Shown here: piece by piece, positions 38,608 through 50,125 of the stretch
Position numbering within the stretch: the stretch's first letter is position 1
How the letters are laid out: every line of letters starts with the position of its first letter
Assembly (NCBI GenBank): GCA_038087875.1
Contig: CM075978.1
Coordinates: forward strand, 103,912,001-103,976,000
DNA: 64,000 nucleotides
Origin: Malacoraja senta
Taxonomy: Eukaryota
Direction of reading: 5' to 3'
Position numbers and translations under genes: made by a program
The notes under the pieces: generated by a model
Told to the model about the DNA's origin: nothing
Databases searched by the model: none
The model's input: only the letters and a program-made list of their open reading frames with translations

Positions 38608-41600
38608 GTGAGTAACGTGCCAAGTTGCCACAGGCAACTACAGGACTTTGGGAGCTGAGGGCTGGGCAGCTTGCAATATTCTTTGCTTCCTATACTTGAG
38701 ACAGCTATGAGTATTAAGTTTTCTATTTGATGTGCTTTCTCATACTTGAGTGAGTGGGGAGATGAAAGGAATGAAATATACATCAATCATCAGATTGCTC
38801 TCAAACTTTCCATCTTCATTGCTGTACGACAGAGGCTGACTGCTGCTCTCCTGAAGCAAAGTTAGAGAACATTGGCAATAATAGGCAATAATTGATTAAA
38901 CCGATGTCAGTTGGACCTGTTCTATCATTCCTGATGATAGATAAAGCTTTTCTGACGTTGAGTTTAATGGTGGGATTCCATCCTCAAAGCAATTGATCAG
39001 TGGTCATTTTTTTCAGTGTGGACCTTGATATTGTAGAGTATCTACAGTTCTCCTAGGGCAGAGATTAAGCACTACGTAAACACCATTAAAGTGTAAATAT
39101 GAAAAATTATATAAAATGCTATGTTTTTTGCTTTCAGGGGGACAAATATGAGCAAAGATGTTACGTTTGAGCTCAAATATACATATATGCCACTGGCCAA
39201 ACTGAAACAAGCCTTAATTCCTAAACAGTCGTTAAAGTATTTTATAGATCTTTAAGAGAAGAATGTATTTGCTAATTGACTTTGTCATCTTACAAAAGTT
39301 GATCATATACAGATATGGTACAAATTAAGTGTGAGAGCTGGGAGTTCTCCCTCAGAGAACCTCCTCCTTTAATATCCAAGTTGCTGCTAAAGCATGCCAT
39401 TTATTGTTTAGTCTTTGATGGAAAAGGTATTAGAATAGTGAGGCCTGTGTCCAGGAAGAGGAGCAAAGATCCCTGGAGGGGAAAATGAGGTGTCCATCCA
39501 AAGAGAGGAGCGAGAAGCCACGTAGATGGGCCCAGGTCTGACTTCTCCTGGCTCTCCAACTGCTCTGGATGTTGGTGTCCAAGCTGGACTGTAGTGAATT
39601 ACCCATCAGTTTCAGAGCAATTTGCAGGATACGTGTCATACCTAGATTGAATCTGAATCGAGGCAGTGTAATTCATACCCATCCTGGTAACGGAGAATGG
39701 CTCAACATTGGTGTTGCCACAAACTATGATTTGACATCAGGCAATTATTAATTAATGCCATCTCATCATCAAGGAAGGTGAGGCCTTCAAAACACACAAA
39801 AAAAATGCAGATCCTGGAAATCTGAAATAAAAATAGAAAATATTGGAAATATTCAGCAGGCCAAGCAACATCTGTTGCATGTAAAACAAATTTACCCTTT
39901 CATATTAACGATCTTTTATCAGGACCTGGAATACATAGAAAATAAACCGTTTTATAGTAGCAGGAGAACAAAGGGATTCACTGAATGGAGGCATAGACAG
40001 GCGCAATAAAACATGGGATCTGAAGAAAGGTCTCGACCTGAAACATCACCCATTCCTTCTCTCCAGAGAGGCTGCATGTCCCGCTGAGTTACTCCAGCTT
40101 TTTGCATCTATCTAAGGGGTGTTGATGTTGTCTGAGAGAGGGTGATGAATGCTTGTTCATCACAATTGTCTTGTCAGCAGGAGCAGTAAATAGAGCAAGT
40201 TGAATGAGAATAGATGAAAATGATAAAAATCATGGGATTTAAAAATGCAAAACAAAATGAATGCAGGGACTACGCAAAAGTTAGGCAGCATCTAAAAGTA
40301 ACATAATGAGTTGCAGCAAATCCAGCCAATTCTGATACAAAAAATGGTTAACTTAAATTGTTTCATTCAGAGTTGAGATTTGAGGGTCATAATGTGCCTG
40401 ATCAAAAGATGAAAGGTTAAAGTGATCAGGTTCAGTAGACAGGATAGATAGATCAGAGATCTAGGAAAAACTGTTGGATTGAACTGCATTTATTTCAGTG
40501 CAAGAGGCCTGACAGATAAAGAAGACAAACGCAGGGCTGGAAGTAGGACATTATAACTATTATGAAATCATCACTGAGGTATGAACAGGACGGCAGCTCA
40601 ACATCAGGGTGGTATTTAGAGAAAATATTCTTGGAGCAGATTTCGCAGTGTATTGTCAGCTAGGCTATATGGGTTGAACTGAGAAATAAGAAGGGTGTTG
40701 ATCCCACTTTGATGGGATTGTCGGCCACCCTCAGCCCCCTCCCCCCACAATAGTCAGTGGAAATTAGAGGAGCAAATATGTAGGGTGAACACAGATAGCT
40801 GCAAGAATAATAGTTGTAATATTGTGGGGGCCGGGGGTGGTAAATTTCCAAATAATGATGGGGACTGCCATATTGCCAAGGGATGGAGTTTGTTAAGTGT
40901 GTTCGGGAATATTTTCTCAATCAATATTTAGATGACCCTACTAGAGCAAAACTCAAACTGAAAGGCAACCTATTCCACACAGAGAGTAGTAGGTATATGG
41001 AATGAGCTGCCATAGGAAGCTGCAGAGGCAGTTACAAGAATGATGTTTAAAAGACATTTGCGCAGGTATATAGATAGAAATGGTTTAAAGGGATATGGCT
41101 GAATGCAGCAAAATGAGACTAACATGGATAGAAATCATGGATGGATATTATGTATAGAAAATACAAAGCAGACAACTAATTTATCCTAATTTCAGACCTG
41201 CTGCTGAGTGACTGTGCAAAAGGAGGTTCAGTCACCCTCCCTGTTTCCATGACTTTACTAACATTATTCCTAACTATACTACAACAAAGCTGGATGAGAC
41301 TTGAGAGAAAGACAGAAAGACCATCTGAACATATTTTAGTATACAACTCTTAAATTAACTTTCAAGACGTTTCTGTGATCAATCAAATTTGCTAATTGTT
41401 TGAAGAATATGTTGAGGTTGAAAAGGTTATCCAGGTATCATCAAATAAGGTTCATGAATTCATTATGAAATTATAGCTTGAGTAGGCATCATTGGCAAGA
41501 TATTTATAATAATCATATTTAATAATTATTATGAAAGAAGCAAAAGTTAGTTTGATATTGAGGTTGCTATCTCCAAAAAATGTATACCGTATTTGAGTCA

Positions 41601-41934
41601 AGACATAGTAACTCAGCAAGCTTGGGAAATGTTTGACTTTGAACTGTGCTTCCACTGGGGGTTTTCCTTATGTAATGTTTGTATATCTTAAAGATTAACT
41701 GATTGATTGCTTGCTTATTATTGATGAGCAGTATGTTGCTTTTAGAAGCCTTAATTAGACTAACTGCACAAAAATCCTGGTAGTCTATGTAGATGAACAT
41801 CCCGAGATTGGTTTCAAACAGCTGCCGCCCCAAGGAACCAGCAGCTTTAGGGATATTAAGACAAGATTCATACCATGACATTAACAAATGATCATGATTT
41901 AAGATATTCTGTTAACTAATGTTCTTATTTTTAG

Positions 41935-42123
41935 ACCAAATGAGAAGAGTGAACTCAATGATAAACCAGATTCCTAATGGTTACCACAGTAACCGTGCTG
42001 TCCCAGGCCCACCTGGCTCACCTGGCCAACCAGGTAATCGCGGACCAGTAGGAGAAACAGGATCACCAGGTCCATCAGGATTCCCTGGAACACCTGGTGA
42101 TCGAGGAACACCAGGTGAAAGAG
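41935..42123 (+). CDS. COL12A1: NC2/COL1 exon (N)[29 protein letters not shown]...GTPGER
   Basis: tttttag / gtatga, 189 nt, phase 1-1. Confidence 0.97.
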
Positions 42124-42909
42124 GTATGAATTGTTAATTCTACACTATTCAATTGCAGATGAATCTCTTCTCTTCCCAGAATGTTCCAGTTACAATTGCA
42201 GATAATCATAATTTAAGGAAAAATATTACATTATTCAACATTTGTGTAGCGACTGGGTACTGGGCCTTCAACTAAATGCTTCCTAGTATAAATCATTACT
42301 TACTGATACAACTTTGAGAAAGGAATAATGAGCTCTGCTTTAAGTGAGGTTGATCCATTCCAGCTCCTGCAGATGGTTGACTACATTGTGCAGGGGACAA
42401 ACAGGACCTGGAAATTCTACTGCAAAAAAACAGGTCCACGAGAATGCCATGAAACTACTACTAATAATAATTCAGTAGTCTTTAAAGGATATTACACAAT
42501 TTTGAAAACATGCTATATTTGATTATATCTTGACCCAGGGACAAGAGGAGAAGAATTTATATCTACAGGTCTAGGTTTGAGTTTCTGTCAGCATGCAGAG
42601 TAGATGGCTGGTGTAGGGAAGGATTTGAGGGGGGCAATTTTCAAAGCTTGATTGAGAGAAGATAGAGTTTTGGCCCTACATTATGGGCCTGGACTCGTGT
42701 TTAGAGGAGGGGTGGATCCTAAATAATCAAAGGTAAGTGTGGGATTCAATTTACAGGAGTCCCAATCCCACATTGTGCATAGAAGATATAGGTTGGCCCA
42801 TCAGTGCCTATGCTTTTTGGTTTCCTGTTAACTTTCCCTTGAAATGATGCCATTCTATGTGCAGCTGCTGCAGAAATAGCCTCTACCACTAAATGACCAC
42901 TACCACTAA

Positions 42910-43245
42910 ATGTATAAAATCATGAGTGGAATAGATGGGTAGATGCACAGAGTCTCTTGCCCAGAGTAGGTGAATCGAGGACCAGGGAACATAGGTTTAA
43001 GGTGAAGGGGAAAAGATTTAATCGGAATCTGAGTGCACCTTTTTCACACAAAAGTGGTGGGTGTATGGAACAAGCTGCCAGAGGAGGTAATTGAGAAATT
43101 CCAACATTTACGAAACAGTTAGACAGGTACATGGATAGGACAGGTTTGGAGGGATATGGACCAAACGCGGGCAGGTGCAACTGGTGCATCTGGGACATGT
43201 GGGCAAGTTGGGCCGAAGGGGCTGTTTCCACACCGTATCACTTTA
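42910..43245 (+). mobile_element. CR1 3' fragment
   Basis: YKIMSGIDGV..RTREHRFKV remnants and 3' UTR. Confidence 0.85.
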
Positions 43246-44238
43246 TGCCTTGGAAATATCATGTTTTATTCTGGAAAAAGATTTGAATTGAAATTGAACA
43301 CTACATTTCCAGACATGCAGGGCCTGAACCATAGATAGACAGATTGCCTTTCATTAATGATTGGCCGATAAAAGTTAGCCCAAACACCATCTGATTTTAT
43401 ACATTGGGGTACAGCTCTGATACAGTTCACCTTTGGAAGAGATCTAACAAACCACCATGTTTTTAGTGTTCAACAGTTCATTTCTAAAGCTGTAGTTGAT
43501 AACTGTTCACTCAAAGTGCACCCCTTGACATTCCATTTGCCAACCCTTTGCTAGGAATCCAAATCCTTTGACAGGCTGCAGTGATGATCTTTTGCCAAGT
43601 GTTGTAGAGTCTGGTCCATGGAGTTGTTGCATGTACATATCTCACAGTCTCCTAAATCCACAGCTTCCCATATATAGGCATTGCCTGTATAATTGTGCCA
43701 GCAAGAAATAAACCACGGCCCATCAGTGGTGGGTGGGGGGTGGGGGGGGGGGGATTTAGTCTTCTTCTTGCATATAGTGTGCACAGCCTAAAGTTGTAGA
43801 TCAAGGGTAGACATCCAGGCCAGGACAGCATCAGTTACTGGGTGGATGGCTTTGATGCCACCAGGGAAAAAGCCTCAGTGAGCAGTCATTCAAGATGTGT
43901 GGGATGGTCTGGTCTGGATGTTTGCAGTCACAAGCAGGACTGTCTGTGGGATTTTGTGTTACATTATAACAAGGAGAACTTGTGGACTCCTAGTCTCCAA
44001 AAAGCAGTGATTCTATGATATTGCAATGTAATATCAAATTTAATCTGAACTAAACTGTTAATTATTGTGGTAATATAGGATTATGTTGAGAAAATTAGGT
44101 GGTTCATTTACTGATGGTGTTCCAGCTTTGTTTTTGCAATATGTTCCAAGAAAGCACTGTGAAGTAGACTTTTTCTGTATAATTGTTTATGCATCTGAAC
44201 CTTTCAATGATGTAAAAGCTTTTTTTTTTCTTTGATAG

Positions 44239-44316
44239 GACCTTCAGGAGAAAAGGGTGAACGGGGTAATCCAGGTATTGGGAAGCAAGGACCATCAGGT
44301 TTACCTGGACCTCCTG
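44239..44316 (+). CDS. COL12A1: COL1 exon (G)PSGEKGERGNPGIGKQGPSGLPGPP
   Basis: tttgatag / gtatgt, 78 nt, phase 1-1. Confidence 0.96.
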
Positions 44317-45899
44317 GTATGTGGGTTTATTTATTTAAAAATATTTGCAATGAGCAAGGAATGCAATTTACATGATGCAGATTTTATTGCTCCAAATTGG
44401 TTGGGGAATTATGAATTAAAATCTAATTGCTCCACTATTTAGCTTGAATGCCAATATCATGGAGATACTTCAATTTTCGATGATTGTGTGAAATGGGTTA
44501 TGGTGAATTGGCTCACCATCATGATTTTTCAATTTATTTCAATTTAACGTTAATTAGATTTGGGGAAATTTAATTTTTAATTTTTGAGCCATTGTACTGA
44601 AATATTTTGGCGAGGAATTCTCCTTTTCCCTGACAAAAACACGTAATAGCTCCAAATTTCTTCCTGAAATATTCTGCCCCATGTTAACAATAATTCAGTT
44701 AGACCAAGCCTGAAATAACATGTCCAGACCACACAACAGTACAGACTAATGAGCTTTATTAGTTTGTAATAGTAAATAATTTACAAAGGATATGGTTTCT
44801 CCCTAGGTTACAGGCAGCAGCTTCCAGGGTTTTTAATTTCACTGCCCCCCACCCACTAACCCCCAAGTCTCTCTTTTCAAACCTTTCTGAAAACTTCATT
44901 CACAGAACATTTCTTATGGTAGAGGTGTCAGTCACTGATGAACAACAATTCATTGAGCATTGAAACATACCTTTCAAATTATATTACTTGTTATTAAAGC
45001 ATTATTTTGTTGAGAAACACAAGATATGGAATCCATATGGTTTTCTCAGTCTTCAACACTAAGAGGTTGATTTATTCTGTTATCCATGAAATGTCTCAAT
45101 CCAACATAAATATTACATCATCCCCTTTTGGGTTTTAGGGAGGCATAGGTGGTGGCTTGTTTTATTTGTTTAAGGTAGGCTATCAACCAAAATAGCCACA
45201 GCTCATAATTTAAAACAAAACTTTTTTTCTCACATTCCTGCTGTAAATTAAAGAGATTTTGATTTGCCATGTGTTCATTTCTAGCATATTGACTCTATGT
45301 GCCATAAGTGAATAATTTGGTAATTATATGAGAGTAATTTGATCTTGGAAAATGGGGGTGGGGGGGAAGGTACATGAGTCACTTTAATACAGCGATAAGA
45401 CATTTTCATTTTCCTTTCAGGAGCAAAGCTGATGGGGGGGGGGGTGAAAGTGAGGGGCAGGTAAGACCTCATGAGGGTTGGGTGAAGGGCTCCTAGCTTT
45501 GAGGCTTAATTTAAAACATATGTTTAAAGTTACAGAAGACAGTTCTTGAATTATGTGGACGGAGTCTAGACACTAAGAAGCACAGCTGCCAGGCTGTTCT
45601 GAGGTTAGACATAAGTTTTGCAAGTTAATTATCAAAGAGGAAGAGAAAAGAAAATATATTAAATCACTAGTGTTTCAATGTACATATGCACTGATTTCAT
45701 TTAATAACTTGGGATTTTACAATATCCATTCGAACAAAAATAAGAAAAAAAGGGTGATCCCATTCTACATGGTAAAATCAAGTCACCAGCATTAGTGGCG
45801 CTCATATTCTATTCAGTACATAATCAGAAATATTATTGGCTGCTTGTGGGTATTCTCCCCATTCTAAAATGTATGGATACACATACACTGTTAGTACAC

Positions 45900-47020
45900 A
45901 GAGTCATAGATTAATACATAGTGGAAACAGGCCCTTCAGCCCAATTCGCCCACACCGGCCAACAATGTCCTCTACCCTAGTCCCACTTGCCTGCGCTTGG
46001 TGCATAACCCTCCAAACCTGTCCTATCCATGTACCTGTCCACCTGTTTCTTAAACGATGGGATAGTTCCTGCCTCAACTACCTCCTCTGGCAGCTTGTTC
46101 CATGCACCCACCATCCTCTGTGTGCTATATTAAGAAGTGAGTTAATCTTTTAAACTAAACAACAACTATTATCTGGATATACGTTTCTGCGTGCATGAAC
46201 ACAGACCAAACAGTACAAGAACAGGCCCTTCGACCCAGAAACGTCTGTGGTGAACATAATGTCAAATTAAATTAATCCCTTCTGTTTGTATGTGATCTGT
46301 ACCCCACTATTCTCTGGATATCCATGCACCAATCTAAAAGCCTCTTAAACGATAATATCCAGCACCCTATTATCACTGTCTAAAATAACTTGCCTCACAC
46401 AACTCTGTTAAACTTTGCCCCTCTCACCTTAAAGCTGTGCCCAGTAAAGCTGTGCACATTTCCACCCTTTTTTCCCCTCCCTGTGTCCCATCTGGACATG
46501 CACCTGTTTCTCCCTGGTCCCTCCCCTTCCACCTACATTCTTACCTCCAGCTTCAATTCACGACTGTTCAATCCCTTTGTCCACACCTTTGGTTTCTTCA
46601 TCTTTAGCATTTGTCAAAACACCTGCCTATTAGTCCCCACCCCCACCCCAACCTGTATGAACCTGTTACTTGCTAGACTTTGTTTTGCCCCCTCTCTTTC
46701 AGCGTTCTCACTCCCCCATCCAAAATGTCACCTGTCCATGTTCTGCGGAGATGCTGTCTGACCCGCTTAATTAAGCACTTTATGTCATTTTTTTGCAAAC
46801 CAGCATCTGCAGTTCTACTTCAAATACAACCCTGATCAACCTTATTTGGTACCTCCCTTGTAACCTTGAGGCTTTTAGATATGTACATTAATTGGTGGAT
46901 GGAAGGAACGATATAGATAATGTGCAGGCAGAGGAGGTTGGTTTGAAGTGGTATCAAGTTGGGGACAGCCATTGTGGGCTGAGGGGCTTGTTCATGTGCT
47001 GCACTGTTCTGTGTTCTAAC
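45900..47020. mobile_element. Nested CR1 3' fragments and a Penelope-like 3' fragment
   Basis: CR1 tails (-) at 45900-46125 and 46200-46445; pLTR module at 46445-46820; CR1 tail (+) at 46880-47020. Confidence 0.7.
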
Positions 47021-47072
47021 AGAGTTGTGGGTTTGCTGAGGTAATTAAAGGATGAGACATAATAGAGATCGA

Positions 47073-47130
47073 ATGAAACTGAGGCAGGAAATGAAACTGA
47101 AACAGGAAATGAAACTGAAAAAGGGAAATA
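47073..47130 (+). repeat. 18-bp tandem repeat x3 (atgaaactgaRRcaggaa)
   Basis: Directly visible, about 50 nt upstream of the exon acceptor. Confidence 0.9.
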
Positions 47131-47181
47131 ATGCTAACACTATTCTGGACCAGGCATGATCAGTCTGTTTTCTCTTTATAG

Positions 47182-47346
47182 GCCCACCAGGAGAATCAAG
47201 GACTGGCCCGGCAGGTGCTCCAGGTCCAAGGGGGCCCGTTGGACCACCTGGTCGTCAAGGACATTATGGAATTAGAGGTCCAGCTGGCCCTCCTGGTTAC
47301 TGCGATTCCTCAATGTGTGCAGGCATCCCTTACAATGGATATCCAA
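47182..47346 (+). CDS. COL12A1: COL1/NC1 exon (G)[13 protein letters not shown]...[20 protein letters not shown]
   Basis: tttatag / gtaggt, 165 nt, phase 1-1; GESRTG imperfection and FACIT Cys-X4-Cys motif. Confidence 0.97.
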
Positions 47347-48952
47347 GTAGGTTATACTTTTGAATGTTAATTATGCAAATCTTTGTATTTTGAAATCATA
47401 TAACTGACAATAGTTTTTAAACACCTTTTTGTAATAAACTCCTGTTGATTTGGTCAATTCAGAACTTCTTTAACTGCATTTATAATTATACTATAAATAT
47501 TTTTCTAAAAGATAACTTTTATTTAAAAAAATATGACTTTTTAACATAGTAATTAACAATTTAAATCAAGGTACTAAAAACGAATAGGCTTCTGGTGTAG
47601 CTTGTAAACCATCCATTAAGTTGACAAATGAATAGTTTACGCTTCAGAAAACTGGAGTGTGATCAGTCGGCCATTCTGTCCTGTGGTATGCAATTTATTT
47701 ATTGATAGGTCAACCAGGACATAATAAATATTAATTGCAGTGTTATAACATTGATCATTTTTTTGCAAATGTAAGCAGTTATTGGAATATTTTTTTAAAT
47801 GCTCTTGTGGCTGCTTGTATAAATCTGAATTTAAACAGATGGCTAAACCAACAAGTAACTGAAATAACAACATAAGTTAACAAATCACTTTAATAAGAGA
47901 GCGTGGAATAGCTGTGGTATTTGGCAGAGATGTTATCAGCAAGAAGTGATTTGTCATGGTATGGCACCTGTATTGGATCTTTTTCCACTCTAATCATTTT
48001 ATTTAGAAGGATTTGTGAAGCCAGGATGTGGCTTGATTCAATGTGTAGGAAGGAACTGCAAATGCTGGTTTAAATCGAAGATAGACACAAAATGCTGGAA
48101 TAACTCCCATTTCACCCATTCCTTCTCTCAAGAGATGCTGCCTGTCCCGCTGAGTTGCTCCAGCATTTTGTGTCTATCTGTGGCTTGATTCACATGACTA
48201 TCAGGTCCAAAGGCGAGTGAGGACCACAGTTAGGGTTGTCAAGGCCCTCTGATTGTTTGAGATTCTCTAGGAATTGCATGGTAGCTGAGTTGTATCCTCC
48301 TGGCAGGATGACAGGCAATTCTTCCCACAGAAAATGAATATGTTTTCATGGATGATGAAATGCATAGCTAAATCAATGTTACTCATTTGAAAGTGTTGAC
48401 TGGTCACTGTTGCGGCTATATTTAGTTACATAAATTAAGTTTAGTGCTTCACACATATTCACACAGTTTCAGTAAATGTGCTTTAAATTTACATTTATTA
48501 TCAATCAGTAACCATAGTTATGTCCATAACCACATTACCAAATACTTCTCGTTATCTATTAATCAGATGCAAAATCTGGAATTCTCTTGAGTCACTTGTG
48601 GCCAGTGGTTTACGCACTGGATAAAATTGAGAAATATATTTTCAGTCTGGTTAGTGGGAAACAAAGGGAATGAATGGATAGGGTAAGGTGACAGGCAAGT
48701 CCTAGTGCATCAGTCTAACAGACCCAAATAGCGCCCAGAAACAATTCTAAAATCCTTTTGGATAATGACATAAACACGAATATCATATGATAATAAAAGG
48801 ATAATATATTTCTAATGATGATAATAATGACACATAACTCTGTGCTGCAACACTATCTTGGCAAATAATTCTATCTCTGAAATTCATTCATATTAAATTG
48901 CACTTATTTAAAGTATATAATTGCCAGGCACTTCCTGGATAGATTCACCCTT

Positions 48953-49748
48953 AAAGAAACATAGACATAGAAAATAGGTGCAGGAGGAGGCCATTCGGCC
49001 CTTTGAGCCAGCACCGCCATTCATTATGATCATGACTGATCATACCCAATCAATAACCCGTGCCTGCCTTCTCCCCATATCCCTTGATTCCACCAGCCCC
49101 TAAAGCTCTATCTAACTTTCTCTTAAATCCATCCAGTGATTTGGCCTCTGCCGCCCTCTGTGGCAGGGAATTCCACAAATTCACAACTTTCTGGGTGAAA
49201 AAGTTTTTTCTCACCTCAGTTTTAAATGGCCTCCCCTTTATTCTAAGACTGTGGCCCCTGGTTCTGGACTCGCCCAACATTGGGAACATTTTTCCTGCAT
49301 CTAGCTTGTCCAGTTCTTTTATAATTTTATATGTTTCTATAAGATCCCCCTCATCCTTCTAAACTCCAGTGAATACAAGCCTAGTCTTTTCAATCATTCC
49401 TCATATGACAGTCCCGCCATCCCAGGGATCAATCTCGTGATCCCATGCTGCACTGCCTCAATCACAAGGATGTCCTTCCTCAAATTAGGAGACCAAAACT
49501 TTACACAATACTCCAGATGTGGTCTTACCAGAGCCCTGTACAACTGCAGAAGAACCTCTCTACTCCTATACTGAAATCCTCTTGTTATGAAGGCCAACAT
49601 TCCATTAGCTTTCTTCACTGCCTGCTGTACCTGCACGGCAACTTTCAGTGACCGATGTACAAGGACACCCAGGTCTCGCTGTACCTCCCCCTTACCTAAC
49701 CTAACCCCATCGAGATAATAATCTGCCCCGTGTTTTTGCCACCAAAGA
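48953..49748 (-). mobile_element. Young 5'-truncated CR1 LINE, same subfamily as 18600-20285
   Basis: MQVQQAVKKANGMLAFI...RPHLEYC; same 3' tail. Confidence 0.96.
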
Positions 49749-49751
49749 TAC

Positions 49752-50125
49752 CTTGCAGAAGAGCTTTACCAGGATGCTGACTGGATTTGAGTCTATTGGC
49801 TGTAAGGAGAGGTTGGACAAACTTGGATTGTTTTCGCAGGAGTGTGAGTGACTGAGGGGAGACATGGTAGAAGCATATACAATTATGCAAGGCATAGATA
49901 GGGTTGAATCTTTCACAGTATTTTCCCCAAGGCAGAAATGTAAAATACTAACAGCATAGGTTTAAGAGAAGAGAGGGAAGCTTTAAAAGAGATGTGGGAG
50001 ATAAGTGTGTTTTACTCAAAGAGTGGTAAGTCCCTGGAATGCACTGCCAAGAGAGGTGATAGAACCAAATACAATAGAAATGCTTAAGAGGTATTGAGAT
50101 AGACACACCAACTGGCATGGAATAA
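49752..50125 (+). mobile_element. Older CR1 3' fragment
   Basis: QKSFTRML...ERLDKLGLFS remnants. Confidence 0.75.

Noticed and set aside
47347-47352. Alternative donor ag|gttata after 47350
   Set aside because: Weaker consensus and wrong phase for both terminal segments
49748-49760. Twin-priming inversion within one CR1
   Set aside because: The two sides overlap in consensus position and differ in subfamily and age, so they are separate insertions
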